DNA of 61,090 nucleotides, counting the filler, from Sphacelaria rigidula (Eukaryota): NCBI GenBank assembly GCA_964200075.2. It is 6 parts of 6 records of this genome, joined end to end, with 100 filler letters (N's around TTAATTAATTAA, not from the genome) between each part and the next. Parts side by side here need not be neighbours in the genome. Positions count along the whole stretch, not along the records: positions 10,200 to 20,298 come from CAXNAA020007146.1; positions 20,399 to 30,496 come from CAXNAA020007147.1; 4 more parts are not named here. One strand, 5' to 3'. Under the pieces are notes generated by a model. That model had not been told where the DNA came from. It ran no database searches and saw only the letters and a program-made list of their open reading frames with translations. The position numbers were made by a program, and so were the translations under genes. Positions 13,851 to 26,275 of this stretch are shown here, in pieces (position 1 is the stretch's first letter; each line of letters opens with the position of its first letter).

Positions 13851-14216
13851 TAGCCGGTCGCCCCGGTGGCTCAGTTGGTAACCTCAAAACCTTCCAACGG
13901 TTGGGTCGTGGGTTCAAATCTCGGAGCGATTTGGGATTTTTCTCACACCATACCCGATAGTGGAGAGCGACTATGTCGTGGGTACACAAAATCCGACTCA
14001 ACGGTCGACGAGGGAAAGGGATTGCTGAACCCCTCTCGCGATAAAAAAATAAAGGCAAGCACCGCAGAAGGAAGGTGGAGTACTAAAAACAAACAAAAAA
14101 AAGAAAAAAACTCCTGTGTTGACCTCCCTCCTGTGTGACCCCGGCTGATGCGCCAATACATACCGGAAGGTGTAGACCGGCGTCCAGAATAGATGGGACG
14201 ACAACACAACAACACA
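13851..14216 (+). mobile_element. full-length tRNA-derived SINE inserted into Copia
   Basis: A box TGGCTCAGTTGG, B box GGTTCAAATC, (CAA/CA)n tail; 8-bp TSD cactgtcc at 13843-13850 and 14217-14224. Confidence 0.9.
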
Positions 14217-14411
14217 CACTGTCCGGAGAAAATCGCTTCGATGATGTCGGATCCTGTAGTGGGTGTCCACTCGGGCCATCATCACCATCGAGTTGTGCTG
14301 CTTCTTCTTCTTCCGACGGTTTGTCGTCATTTTCGCTTAGTTCAACGACTTTCAACTCCCCCACGATGTCTAGGATCTCGGCTTCTGATTCAAGCGTGAA
14401 ATGTGACGACT

Positions 14412-15554
14412 TCACGATCTAGGATTCCTGTATAAGCCATACATACCAGCTGAGCGAGTGTCGATCGTGCCCCGCCAGGATGCCCCACTTCGCATATGGG
14501 TGAAACTTTGCAGCAGCGCCGCGCTGCTGCTTGTGCTGGTACACGAAACACTCGGATCCCAAGTACGAAGCCGGTCGTAGTGGAAACGCTTCCCTGTCAG
14601 CCTCTCACCTGGGGTGTCGCCCCCGAGGTACTCGTGGGGCATCCCTGCGGTCTTGAATGCCGCACCCGCCACTGCGAAGAACGAGTAGTCCTCTCCGCGT
14701 CCCGCTTCCACTAGTTGGTTGCGTGCTGTCCTCATCAGTTGTTTAACTGCACACTAAGCAATTCCATTACTTTGCAGTGTACTTGCCGGTGAGCAGTGCC
14801 ACTTGATGAGGCGATTGGTCAGCATGCGTTGAAACTTGACTGACCGTTCCCCAGCGCCGTCTCCGCTGATGCATTTGATGGCCACTCCCTCACGAGCCAT
14901 TTCGTCGATGTAGGCTCGCGTGACAGCAGCGGTAGCATCTCGTGTCTGGACTCCAACAACGTGAGTGTCTCGACTGGCCTCGTCCACGAAAATCTGAAAG
15001 TGTTTCATGCCCGTGACGTCGGCGTGGAAAGGCCCTTCAAGATCAGTGTGCACGACGTCACCGGGTGCTTTGGAACTCCTGCCATCGCAGCCATAGCTGA
15101 GCGCCTCGAACTTACATTCCTTGCAGATCCTGCAGTCCATCTCGGACGCCACCGTGGTATCAATTACATCGACCATCTCACGTTTCTTGAGGTGTTTCAT
15201 GGCAGCCGGATCGATGTGTCCAAAGGTGCCGTGCCACTGCTTCAATGTGAGACGCTGCTTCTTATTTGCGAACGAAGCGTGCGCCGACGCCGCATGCTTG
15301 CTATTCCCCCGCAGGGATTCAGACGGGGTCAGGAACCCTTTTTTCTCTGCTAGAGGGATCTTCGGACCATCCTTTCTGAACCGAAGGTAGCCCTCCTTCC
15401 TGCCGGAACCCACGAATTCTCCTCTGTCACGCCGAATCGTGCCGGTACTCAGCAGCAGACATGGTAGTCCAGGGACCCAAAGTACGTCCTTCCGTTTGAC
15501 CTTTGCCGGAGCCTCCTTGCCCCAAACAGTCACGTGTAATGGGATATTTTCCAT
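14412..15554 (-). pseudogene. Copia GAG-pre-integrase/integrase with internal stop
   Basis: WHGTFGH...CRICKEC zinc-binding motif, VHTDLEGP, QIFVDEAS, ISGDGAGE, QSNGIA* then LMRTAR...TPGERLTG; the stop at 14754-14756 falls at the catalytic E position. Confidence 0.9.
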
Positions 15555-16634
15555 CGCCAGCGCCTGCAGCTGCCCCTTGTTCTCAAATGTACAGCTTCGA
15601 TTATTTGTACGCGTTCTTGAGATCCTGTTTCCTAGGGGTCATGTGGACGTTCGCTCCCGAGCCGCGGAGAGTTGACACCTCTGCGACTGTTGGTCGGCGT
15701 GCACACGGATACTACTCGCTCATCTTCGACACCACGTTCATCGTCATGAATGCCCTCGGTCTGTCCCTCCTTCCATTACTCCTGCCGTTTCGTGGACGAC
15801 GTGGGAATGTTTGTGCGGGGCTCATCCCCGGCGGTCGTTTAGCCCAAGGTTTGCCGTTAAGGTAGGAGCGGCATTCCCGCCACCTCTGGTTTTGCTTTAA
15901 ACGGTACGCGCATTGATGGCTATCGAGCGTCGAGTCGGCTTTGTTGCCATCGGTTCTCGGTTGGAAAGCTACCGCCTCGCCGCGGGGTTCCACGTCGGCC
16001 ATTAGGTATGTTGTGATGCTACGACTGTCTCTTTGAGCTCGTCGTACTTTATACCTGGCTGGGTCGTTAGCTGTATGAATACCTGGGAAGTGCATCCTTG
16101 ATCCCGAGTAGAAAGGCTGCCCTAATAGTCTCCCCGACTTTGGCGTTTCCAAGCGCTTCGACTACCCCCAGAAGGTGTTCACCTTCACCATAAAATCTGC
16201 TTATTATTCTGCAGGGTTGCTGCATTGGAGATCCCGCAATCTCCGTCCCAATTCAAGTAGTTACAGAGGCCGCTCGTCCTGTGCGCGTCCTCCGTAGATC
16301 CATTCCATCTCCAGCCAGGCTTCCCTGCCGTCGGGGTTGCCGCCGTGCTCGCATCGTGCGACGATGGCTGCGGCTGACCCTTCCGTAGCCTGTGTCAGGA
16401 GGAATCACACGGGCCGTGTGTTGCGTTGGTGCGTTTCGTACGCCCTACGCTGGTCTAGTGTTGTGGTCGCCGTCGGAATGCTCGGTGTGGCGTAATCCGG
16501 TCGCAGAAGAGAGTATAGTCCCTTCATCCCTGCGTGTCCAGCGATGGAGGGTCTCCATGCGTCCCATGTTTCTCGCTAAGTCCCATGAGCGCCCGTTCAG
16601 ATTGACAACTCGCATTAGTCTACCTCCATTCGTT

Positions 16635-16653
16635 TCGAGGCTCATAACCTACC
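16635..16653 (-). promoter_or_regulatory. primer binding site (half-tRNA iMet type)
   Basis: minus strand LTR|ggtaGGTTATGAGCCtcga, similar to the GGTTATGGGCC PBS of copia-type elements. Confidence 0.7.
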
Positions 16654-17066
16654 TGTGCACTTATGAGGTGTTTTACGTGGCCGTGACACGCTTCCTCAAG
16701 GTGCACCGTTTATAGCAGAGAAAAACAATTGTCGTGAGATATCTTGATAGAACGAGTAGATGACATACCCGCGTGGGGCGCTGCATCACCGTGCTTTCAT
16801 TATTTCTTCAGATCTCACCCACCTGCTTGCTGTACAGCTCTATCTGAACCTCCTCTCCGTACCTCAACCCCAAACCCCGAGTATAGAGCTTACAATATGA
16901 GCCCCGGAGCCGTTCTGGCTCGACTGAACCACACAGGTTACAGTACTATTTCCCGAACAGTTCCTGTTGGTACCTCGTACTGAACCGTACTGGCTCCTAT
17001 CAGGCTGGTTGACCACATGCCCGAGAACCCACGTGTGAGATCTGTGTCCGATACATAATCTGCACA
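16654..17066 (-). repeat. Copia 5' LTR
   Basis: tgtgca...tgcaca 6-bp terminal inverted ends, adjacent to the PBS. Confidence 0.92.
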
Positions 17067-18534
17067 GCTCTGTCTAAGATTTTCGGTAAGACCCAAAGGG
17101 GCAATTATTCGGGTCTCGACAAGACACCGCCTTCGGAAGTGTCTCGGCAAAAACACATGAATCGAAAATCAATCGTGAAAAATCAAAAATCAAAAATCAA
17201 CAATCAACAATCAACAATAAAAAATAAATCATAGGCCGTGATTGAGACGCTGTTGTGAACGGGAAGTAAAGGACTTTCAATATCACGGAACTTTGGAGAA
17301 CACTAAAAGTGATAGATGTCCGGAAATCCATAGGATGAGCTAATATTATCTAAAGGCGGTGTAATGAGCTTTGATGGTTGCCTGCGCGTGTCAGAAGGCC
17401 CCGAGATGCAACGGACATGCACACGTATGCCCAATATTCCAGGGCATACAGCAGCATCGCGTACACGCATCTACAATAGAGAGCGCACACATCCACAGAT
17501 AGTCTGACTCCACTACAATGAGAAGTCCTTTGGACGGGTGCAGTAGGTTCCCTGTTGTGCGAGCATTGACAGCTTGAGAAAACACTCGAGGGTTATTTTC
17601 CGTCCCTAACCCTTACCCTACAGTATCTTCTGCGGACACAATCCGAACTTCTCGCTGGCCGTTGGTGATTGCTATGCTCGGACCCGATAGACGCGATGAG
17701 TATGTTCCGTGAGTGGTTTCGTTGGGCGCGCGTTACTCTGTACTGAAGTGCTGAACGCTATTACTGATCTGTGCCTATTTCTATATGCGTGACAGCCAGT
17801 ACTGTACCCGTTGCTTGGACCAACCATCTATCATGCGACAACCGCCCGTTGGTGACGGAAGAGCCTAGCTTGACCATGACACCAACTCCAAGATCGCAAC
17901 AGTATGCTGTTCCGCAACCCCCCCAGATCACAAGACGGACGCGTTGCGAGGTATGAGTCCAGCTATTGTGTCGATGCGGAGAGACTCGGGAACCATTTCC
18001 GGGGAGAAAGGGGCGTGGTCGTTGTGGCGTCCGTGAACGGCAAATGACCGGGAAAATAGTCGAATGTGTGGGTGCCATGGTTGGAGTTAGCGCCTGGACT
18101 CCCTTGTGCAAGATATGCTGCATCAGGTACAGTGTAGAAAGCGATGACCTAGCACAGGTACGTTCTCGACCGATCGGTGGCCCAGAAAAGGTACGATTGA
18201 AAAACAAATCCTGAATCAGATATACCTAGCGAGTTTTTGGTCTAGAGAGGGGAAGCGGTTTCTGGAGGCTAGAAGTCCGTTTTCGCGTGGCTATATATCG
18301 CGAGTTACGTGTTTTCCCCCCGTTTTATTGTCGAGGCCCGGGTGCCAAGGCCCCTCTCCGAGGTGTGCGTGAAACATGCGGAGCGAAAACAGTCTAAATG
18401 GCGTGTTTTGCTTTTTCGCGTTTCTGGCCATTTTTCCTACCTTTCTTAGGCAAAACACGAGAAGGTATACCTTGCCAAGACCATTGCCTTTTTCTTCCCC
18501 CGATAAAGCCTTCTGGGACCTGAGTGGACTAACC

Positions 18535-18638
18535 GGGGGTGAAGACTGTTTGTAAATCGGCATCATTTTCACTTGAAAACGGATGAAAATGATGCCAATT
18601 CACAAATGGCCGCTGCATGCAAACCAGTGGTTCACCCC
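18535..18638. repeat. short inverted repeat / MITE remnant
   Basis: ttgtaaatcggcatcattttca vs tgaaaatgatgccaattcacaa; outer ggggtgaa / ttcacccc. Confidence 0.6.
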
Positions 18639-20298
18639 TCGCTAGTGGGAGCCCGGTCCCAAAAGGGTTCATTCGCTGAATGCGAGTGTGGGGCTTTGAC
18701 CCGCGGCGATGTTGAAGATGAGATGTTGGTGTTTGATTTTAGATTATATATCCAACGACTGACTCTTCGGGGTATTAACGCTTCGACGGCCAGGATTGGC
18801 AATCTGGGTCAGTGTATCAATGTTTCATGTGAGAATGACGCCGATGTCACAAATGGACTCCTCCGTCGCAAAAAATCTGTCTTTGGAATTGGCATCATCT
18901 TGAACTCTTTTTGCAAGGAAAAGTTGGCTGACAAGCCGCACTCAACCAATTGCTAGGTACTCAATCTGGCGAAAAGATTGTTCTGAGCGGACCTGTGCAG
19001 ACACGGTACTGTCCGGAATCTCACAGCGCGCAGCACATACTCACTGCTCGTTCAACTCTGCACTGTGGAAGCCCCCGACATGTACGTGGGAGTTCGATGA
19101 TCTGACACCGTTCGTGTAGCTCAAGTTGATGTTTCATAGCTCATACGTTGACTGTCTTACGAGTCTCCTTGTCTCTCGGCTTTTTTCGGGCTACAGACCG
19201 CGCGTACACAGCTGGTACAGTACAACTTGCCTAGCGTGACTATGGGTATCTTTTTGCTGCTGCTCTAGGATAAAGGTACATCTCAGACAAAACGTTCTAT
19301 GTCAACACCCGACGGCAAGGGCTGCAAATGAAACGGCAAGTAGTCCATGTATTAGGCAAACGCTCTTGCTCGTGGCAGAACTATACCTCACGTGTGAAAA
19401 GGTTGTGGTGTTCTCGGCAGAGTGAAGGAGGATCGGATGTTTCGAGGTACCATCCCCCAGTGCGTACTGACTGTACACCAAAAGCGCCCCCCAGCTCACA
19501 GCTCTCAACATACCAAGCCCTATGCATGTGGACCATGAAAGCAGCAGTGAAGCCAGCGCCAGAGTTATCTTGTTTCACTGGGCGTGCCAAAAGAGTCTCT
19601 ATGGCCGTGTGTTCCATATTTCCCAAGTTATGCTGCCTCTACTCGCGTTGCAGCAGGTCGTGGAAGTCCGGAATAGACCCCTCCAATGCATGCTGACAAA
19701 AAATGAAGCCCGACCTTTGTCTATCAGCGTCAGCAGAAAAAAATTGCTAGGTTGTCAAAAATGGGGCTGACATGTGTTCATGTCAGCAAAACAGATCGTC
19801 AGTACTATATTTTTGGCCTTACGCTGACACAAGTCACGCTGACACAAGTCACGCTGACGGAAAATACAGTTTCCGAAACTCCACCGTTGATAATATTTCT
19901 CTGTCCCTGTTCTCAAATACCTATTTGCCATGTACACTGACGTCCTGTGCACACAAGTGAACTACGGCAAGGCTTCCTCAGTCAACACTGGGCGTTATAA
20001 GCTACAATTACAATGGTAGACCAATTGTCAGGGAATTTACCTTGATCATAGCAGAGCCATACCTCGGGAGTGAGTAAATATGTGCTGCCATCTCTACAGA
20101 GCACATAACGTGTATGTTTCCAGAGACCACCCTCATCACAATTCGAATTTGCTGTGAGCATTCGGCCCTCACGACCCAACTTACTCCCGGCCTCCAGCGT
20201 GCCAACTCTCCAACAAGCAGGCTACTCCAATAGTTGCACGGTTAGGACAAATCATCACGACTCAAAATCACCAAATTCACGATTCCTTCGGCCTGATT

Positions 20299-20398
20299 NN
20301 NNNNNNNNNNNNNNNNNNNNNNNNNNNNNNNNNNNNNNNNNNTTAATTAATTAANNNNNNNNNNNNNNNNNNNNNNNNNNNNNNNNNNNNNNNNNNNN
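20299..20398. other. artificial linker
   Basis: N44-TTAATTAATTAA-N44. Confidence 0.97.
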
Positions 20399-20732
20399 GA
20401 CGTGAGTTGACGCGGTGCGGGAGTGCTGACCCAATCCGCCAGACCAAAATGGAAGGCACGTACCGCGGGAGAGACGAGTCGATCCCTTGATACCACGGAC
20501 TCATCCCGAGAAAGAGGAGGAGGTTCAAAGTGTGAGGAAAAACAAAAGTTGTCGCATTATTTTCGTGGAGTGTTGATAGGGCGTCGACCTGCTGCGACAT
20601 CTCTTACTTTGCCGGAACATCATGAAGCGAATGGATGTCACATGCATGACGAGTGTGGTAACTGTACCGGTTGACTATCCCGGTCCGTTGATACTGTTAT
20701 CATGTACCGTCCATATGATGCCACCATTACAG

Positions 20733-20876
20733 GTGTTGGCATTGCACCAGTTTGACTGCGCCCGTGCCAACAAAAGTACGTGTGCGTGGGGACTGGAAGC
20801 GCGTGTTCCCTTCCTAGACGTGGACTTCGTGGACTTGGTGATGAGCATCAGCCCAGAGGACAAGGTCATCAAAAAG
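20733..20876 (+). CDS. asnB: asparagine synthetase (glutamine-hydrolysing), internal exon
   Basis: cag|[48 protein letters not shown]|gtacgt; DCARANK and EARVPFLD are AsnB motifs; phase 0. Confidence 0.95.
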
Positions 20877-20977
20877 GTACGTCTGCACTTTTCCCTTCTT
20901 CATGTTTTGAATTGAAGAGATGGTACTGTAGTGTTCCCAAGAAGATAATGAGGTATTACGGCTCTCAGTCTAATAGT

Positions 20978-21340
20978 GGCCGGTCGCCCCGGTGGCTCAG
21001 CTGATATCCTCGAAACCTCCTGACGGTCGGTTCGTCGGTTCAAATCTCGGAGCGATGTGGGATTTTTTCTTACACCATGCCCAACAGTGGAGAGCGACTA
21101 TATCGTGGGCACACATAATTTGACTTGACGGTCGACGAGGGATTGGGACTGCTGGACTCCTCTCGCGATAAAAAATAAAGGCAAGCACCGCAGAGGGAAG
21201 GTGAGGTACTAGAAAACAAATTAAAAATCAAAAGCTCCTGTGTTGACCCTCCTTCCTCCTGTGTGACCCCGGCTGGTGCGCCCACATGTACCGAAAGGTG
21301 TAGACCGGCGTTCCGAATAGATGGGACGACCACACACACA
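20978..21340 (+). mobile_element. full-length tRNA-derived SINE in an asnB intron
   Basis: colinear with 13851-14216; A/B boxes and (CA)n tail. Confidence 0.9.
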
Positions 21341-21888
21341 ACGCAGTTTAATTACCGTGTAAGGGGGATAACAGTACTTGCCTATCCGGGTATACAGAAC
21401 GAAATGGTCACCTCCGGATATTTATGTCCAGCGAGCTGCTTCACAAGTCTCTCCTCTACGCTGAGAATGAAATGTGGGGATATCATCTAGTACCTATGAG
21501 TGTTGTTTACCATTCAGAAATACATACGTGTGCATACATGCATTCTCTTATTCTCGAGGCACCGGCGCAGCACATATCAGAGTTGATATCTCTCAAGAAT
21601 TGTAAGCAAGAACAAATCCGTTGGAGAGAAATTGCGCGGAGATATACCTCCAGTCCAAAACCCTGGTATTCGGAGTCCACACCTCCCAATTCCACGGCAT
21701 ATTGCGTTCACTATCTACCGTCTTTGTATGTGACGGTGATAGTTTCGCATGGGCGGTGCAGAGCTTTTGTCATGAAAGATGTTTGAAAGCGCCAAATCTA
21801 CCACGTACAGTATTTCCTCATATTGCAATGACATCACAGGTCTTGTTGAAGAACGCGCCCCACACTTTTTTCTCGCAGAATCCTGTGT

Positions 21889-22075
21889 GAATATTTCACA
21901 CCCTGGACAGTATATGGTCAATAGATGCAATAGATGAGAAGTGTACTGCATAAAGTACAGGCCTATTGTAGCTATTGTCGGCCGGCGATAGTCGCACTAG
22001 ACCTATACTTTATGCAGTACGTTTCTTGTCTATTGCAACTATTGAGCGTATATTGTCCAAGGTGTGGAATATTTA
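21889..22075. repeat. intronic foldback (~72-bp arms)
   Basis: aatatttcacaccctggacag...gcataaagtacagg pairs with cctatactttatgc...tccaaggtgtggaatatt. Confidence 0.8.
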
Positions 22076-22222
22076 CACCGCAGAAAATGACCGTCCTTGA
22101 TTGCTCAAGTATGCTTTTTTCGGCATGGTGTACCATGCTGCACCATACTGCTACAGCGATGGCAAGGTGTGAAGAAAACGTCGTGTCTCTCTTTGCGTCC
22201 TGCATCCGAACTCCCACTGCAG

Positions 22223-22381
22223 GAGGAGGGCAAAATCGAGAAGTACATAATGAGGAAGGCTTTCGATACACCGGAGGATCCCTATCTCCCGGAAAACATC
22301 CTGTACCGACAGAAGGAACAGTTCAGCGACGGAGTCGGGTACAGCTGGATCGACATGCTCCGAGAGAAGGCGGAAAGCGAG
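22223..22381 (+). CDS. asnB: asparagine synthetase exon
   Basis: cag|[53 protein letters not shown]|gtgtgt; contains [16 protein letters not shown]. Confidence 0.96.
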
Positions 22382-23099
22382 GTGTGTTGTGGACTGGAAG
22401 AGGTGGCGTACTGTAACTATAACTATATCTGTCAAGTGTAACAAGGGCTTGATGCATGATACTCCAGGTAGAGTGGAGTACTCGGGACTTGCGGCAGTGG
22501 ACACACATTCCAGGCATGCACTCGGGGAGTAACTGTATGTACTCCATACTCTCAAGGAGTTGATACTCCATATACTCTATTGTTCTCTGCGTGCTCTCGA
22601 TGTTTTGCCTCATGGGGGGTGATTTTCCTCTAGAAAGTTGTCTAAGTTGCATCGTACGTGGGCACTGCAAGTACTGTGTAATGGTGCGGCTTCTACAGTT
22701 ATGAGTGGGAATAGCGGGCCAATTTTGGGTACTATATTTCGGAAAAATGAATCGTGAACTCTACATGCGTAAGAACTGGACCGTATTAGGGCGAATCATA
22801 TCAATATAAAGTACATGCGTCACCTAAAAACAACGATCTGGCTCATATGAAATTTACTTCAAACATATGTTGAAGCCTGTGAGTGGTCGGTGTTGAGATG
22901 ATTTTGTTCCTCCGGATAACTCGCTCCAGATCGATGAATGGAAATTCTTGGTTCCCTAGTGTCCAGCTCCTGTACTAGTCTAGAAGCACACGCCCCCGTG
23001 CTGCCACCCCACGTTCACCGCCATTGAAGAATAAAAAGACAAGAACACGAACAGCAGCAGTTGTGGCTGCCACACACCAACGTAACTGCAGGGAAGGGC

Positions 23100-25440
23100 G
23101 TGCCTGACATAGTAGTGCTAGAACAAGAAAGTACGGAGATTTGGAGGCCATGAGCAGCGGCGTCGCGCATGTGAAAACCACTGAGAACGATGTTGATGGT
23201 GTTGACGATCAAGAGGTTCATGCTGCGCGAAGTGGCTGCGCGCTTCATGTCCTATACATGGCTGTGACTGCCGGGTTGGAGAGTGATTTTTTCATGGGGC
23301 CCATGGGGTCAGGGTCATCGCATGAGTGGGAGGGATCCCATCTTGTCAGTCGCTTGGGCACAGTCTGGTACACTCTGTCTAGATCAACATCTTCAACCTC
23401 AATTTTCCCCTGATGTAAAAATGTCGTAAGGGACGTACTTGGGCAAACGTGACATGAACAAATACGAGGCCGGCAGAGACGAGATGGATGGTGATACGGG
23501 AGGGGGCGACGCTCCTCAAATGACTTGAATTGGTTTGTCACCGACTGCGCTTCTTCCCGCCTGAATATTGTTCCGTTTCAACAGCAACTTGGCTAAAGTC
23601 GCACAGCTTAAATGTTCTTTGCAGTATGTACAGGCAGTCACGTGAAATATCGTTGCTCTGCCGATCCGTTCAAACATGGACAGTGCGTCATCGAAAGTAA
23701 AATGGCTCTAGATACATTGAGTTCTGCCTCGAAACCGTTTGCCAGAAGAAGAAACGTACAGGCTGGGCCGCCCGAGACGCGAACAGGAATGTTGACGCGC
23801 GAGTCGTGGGCTCATTTTAAGATCGTTTTCGATGAATTTTCGACACGATGTACAGGACGCACGTGCGAAGCCCGAACCTTTTCCCCAATGTTTTTTGCTT
23901 TGTCTCTTCGTGAGTTATCGACGATTTTGTTCAGGAAAACTGTTCTGAAATATTTTGTCGCCTATAATTCACCAAGAAAAAAAACAAAACAAAACACGGG
24001 AGGAATGACGGGGGTGTTTGCACGTATGTCTTGTACATCATTTCAACATTTGATCGAAAACGACTGAAAATTGAGTTAAATAATTTCGTAATTCCCTTGA
24101 AATCCGATTCTAATGTGGAGATGGAACCTCAGCCGGAAGTTCGCCTTTGACATGTCTTCTACTTTCGGCTCGGGGTTCTTCACAAACTGCTCGTCGGTTC
24201 GCACACTACTACCAGACGCCTTGGCGCGCTGCGGGCCTCGTCTGCGTGCCAATTTGAATGCGGCGCGCCTAGAGCGACATGTGTTGTTGTACGATCGCAG
24301 CTTGTGCGGCACCACGCGGCACAACCGACTGTAACCAAATCTCCAATTTCAGCCGTTTTCTTTTGGCTAATTCCGCCGCACATGGTACCCTCAACTCTCT
24401 ACACTTTTACACTGGACCACGGTTTGGTATTTTGTTTGATGATACCTCGTCGGATCGCAGTGCTACGTGGGTTTGAAGACGCGCGCTGATTTGCCGATTA
24501 CCATGTGTCATAGTAGGCACAACTCGCGATACATCGTCAGTTGTAACGGCCTGAAGGAAAGTGAGCTTCTTGTGCAGCCCAGCCTGTATTTCATCTGTGA
24601 ACTCGTCCTCTACAAGTCGAAGGATAAATAGGTAATCGGTCATGATACGTGAGCCGTCCATTGTGCACGTCTCCACATAACAGAGTAGCATAGGGCGGAC
24701 CGCCACCAAAGCAAATGTCATGACATTGATTGCTGCCAAAAAATAGCATTTGGTCGAAGATGCAAGTTGGCGTAAATCGCATGGTTTACGTATTATTTGC
24801 AGAATGTATAGGCAGTCACTTGAAACATCGTGCCTCTGCCGACCTCGTCATACATCGTCAGTGCGTAGTCCGGAATAAAATTGCTCTTCGCGCCTCTGCT
24901 TCTCCGCTGGAACCATCAGACACGACAGCCGAAGTTCATGTGTGACCTGGCCCTCTGCAACTCAATACATGAAGGGTACTCGCTGTTGAAAGGCGAATTC
25001 GTCCTTTGTGCACAGCCGCACAGAACGAAGCAACACCTGGTCGCACGCCACAAAGTGTAATGCCGTCACAAATTACTCGCCACAAGAACAAAAACACGCA
25101 GCCTAAAACGAAGCTTGCCGAACGTCGCGTAGTTTGCATCTCATATCCATGTTGGTATATGCAGACACTTACTGAAAACATCATCACAGTCGCCAGCAGA
25201 TGTAGCAGTGCACACACTAAATCGCCCTCGACCCCTTGGCTGCTGCACTGGAGCCCTGACACAAAGCAGCCGCCAGCTTTGTTTTTTTTCTATGAACTCT
25301 CCCTCTGCAATTTTCGACACTTGAAAGGATACTCACTGTTGAAAGGCGCAATTACCCTTTGTGCATACCCGCACAGAACAAAGCAGCGCCTGGCGGCACT
25401 CAACCAAATTGCATGTCGTCACAACTTACTTGTGGCAAGA
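23100..25440 (-). pseudogene. heavily decayed hAT-type (ZNF862/DUF4371-like) transposase in an asnB intron
   Basis: minus strand LASSTKCYFLAAINVMT...LLCYVE...IMTDYLFILRLVED...IQAGL...AVTTDDVS resembles the hAT FSLxxDExTD...FLxl...TDGAS region; Cys-containing N-terminal remnants at 24950-25440; MKRAATSRSMNLL at ~23210-23250 resembles the dimerisation region; many stops and frameshifts. Confidence 0.55.
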
Positions 25441-26209
25441 AAAAAAAAACATGCGCATCAACCGATTTTTGGAATTCGTCATCTTCGATCTCGAGAGACG
25501 CTACTGATCCTCAAACCAAAAGTGCCGAGCGCGAAAACGGTTAGATCTCGGCAACGAAGCGGAGGATTGGACTGCGTTTCATGCGTACGCTTCCTACACA
25601 CCCAAGCTAGTTCACCGAGTTACGTTTTTGCGTTTGGGCACGGTACTAAGCCGAAACAAACCCAAGCATACAAAATATGAGGTGTTTTCGGGTTTTGAGA
25701 AGGTTTCCGGTCCGCCGTCACGACTTGAGCAATGTTTAACCAGATTCCCTAGCTTTTGTGTGTACGCGGAGGCCTGTGAAGTGCCGTGGGCCTGCCTACT
25801 TCTTGTGTCGAGAGCCGCGCGATCTCAAGTGCTACAGTCATACTACACCAAGTCAATAAGTGATGAAGCGTATGTTCTGTTCGTGAGGGCCTCGGCACCG
25901 GTACGACCACCTACTGACGTAATCATTATTCCTCGGCATTATTGGTTATTGATATTTTGCCGTTGACTTTTGGTCGTTAGGCGCCCTGTCCCCACCCACA
26001 ACAGTGTAGCCGCTGGAACAGTAGAACGCAGCGTCAGTGGTGTCATGGCTCGTCACTCATGCTCCATTTCTTGTTGATCTGATCCCATGAGCATACCTCA
26101 AGTTTGTACGGGAACTCTCAACTGTTGGTCGAAATTTACACTGCCCCCTCCCCTTCCCCCTGTATCTCCCTGTATCCCTGTCACCCCCTTCAATCCCTCC
26201 ACTCCCAAG

Positions 26210-26275
26210 GTGTCGGACGAACAGTTCGCGCACAGGGCCAACCGCTTCCCTCGCGATCCCCCGGCAACAAAGGAG
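26210..26275 (+). CDS. asnB: asparagine synthetase exon
   Basis: pyrimidine tract then aag|VSDEQFAHRANRFPRDPPATKE|gtaggg; phase 0. Confidence 0.92.

Larger units (their letters stand above)
12561..17066 (-). mobile_element. Ty1/Copia LTR retrotransposon, decayed, RT/RNaseH deleted
   Basis: two 413-bp direct repeats with TG...CA ends; PBS ggttatgagcc just inside the right LTR on the minus strand; protease remnant GSGANVHMT (~15640-15665); pre-integrase WHGTFGH and integrase core; no RT motifs before the left LTR. Confidence 0.93.

Noticed and set aside
13851-13930. tRNA gene (also ~20978 and ~51355)
   Set aside because: No closed acceptor stem; continues into a SINE body with tail and TSD
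19982-20179. LINE RT fragment (CYDQGKFPDNWSTIVIV)
   Set aside because: Single short resemblance with no further RT motifs
22705-25800. TIRs bounding the hAT fossil (tagcgggccca / tgggcctgccta)
   Set aside because: Short, gapped match and no TSD
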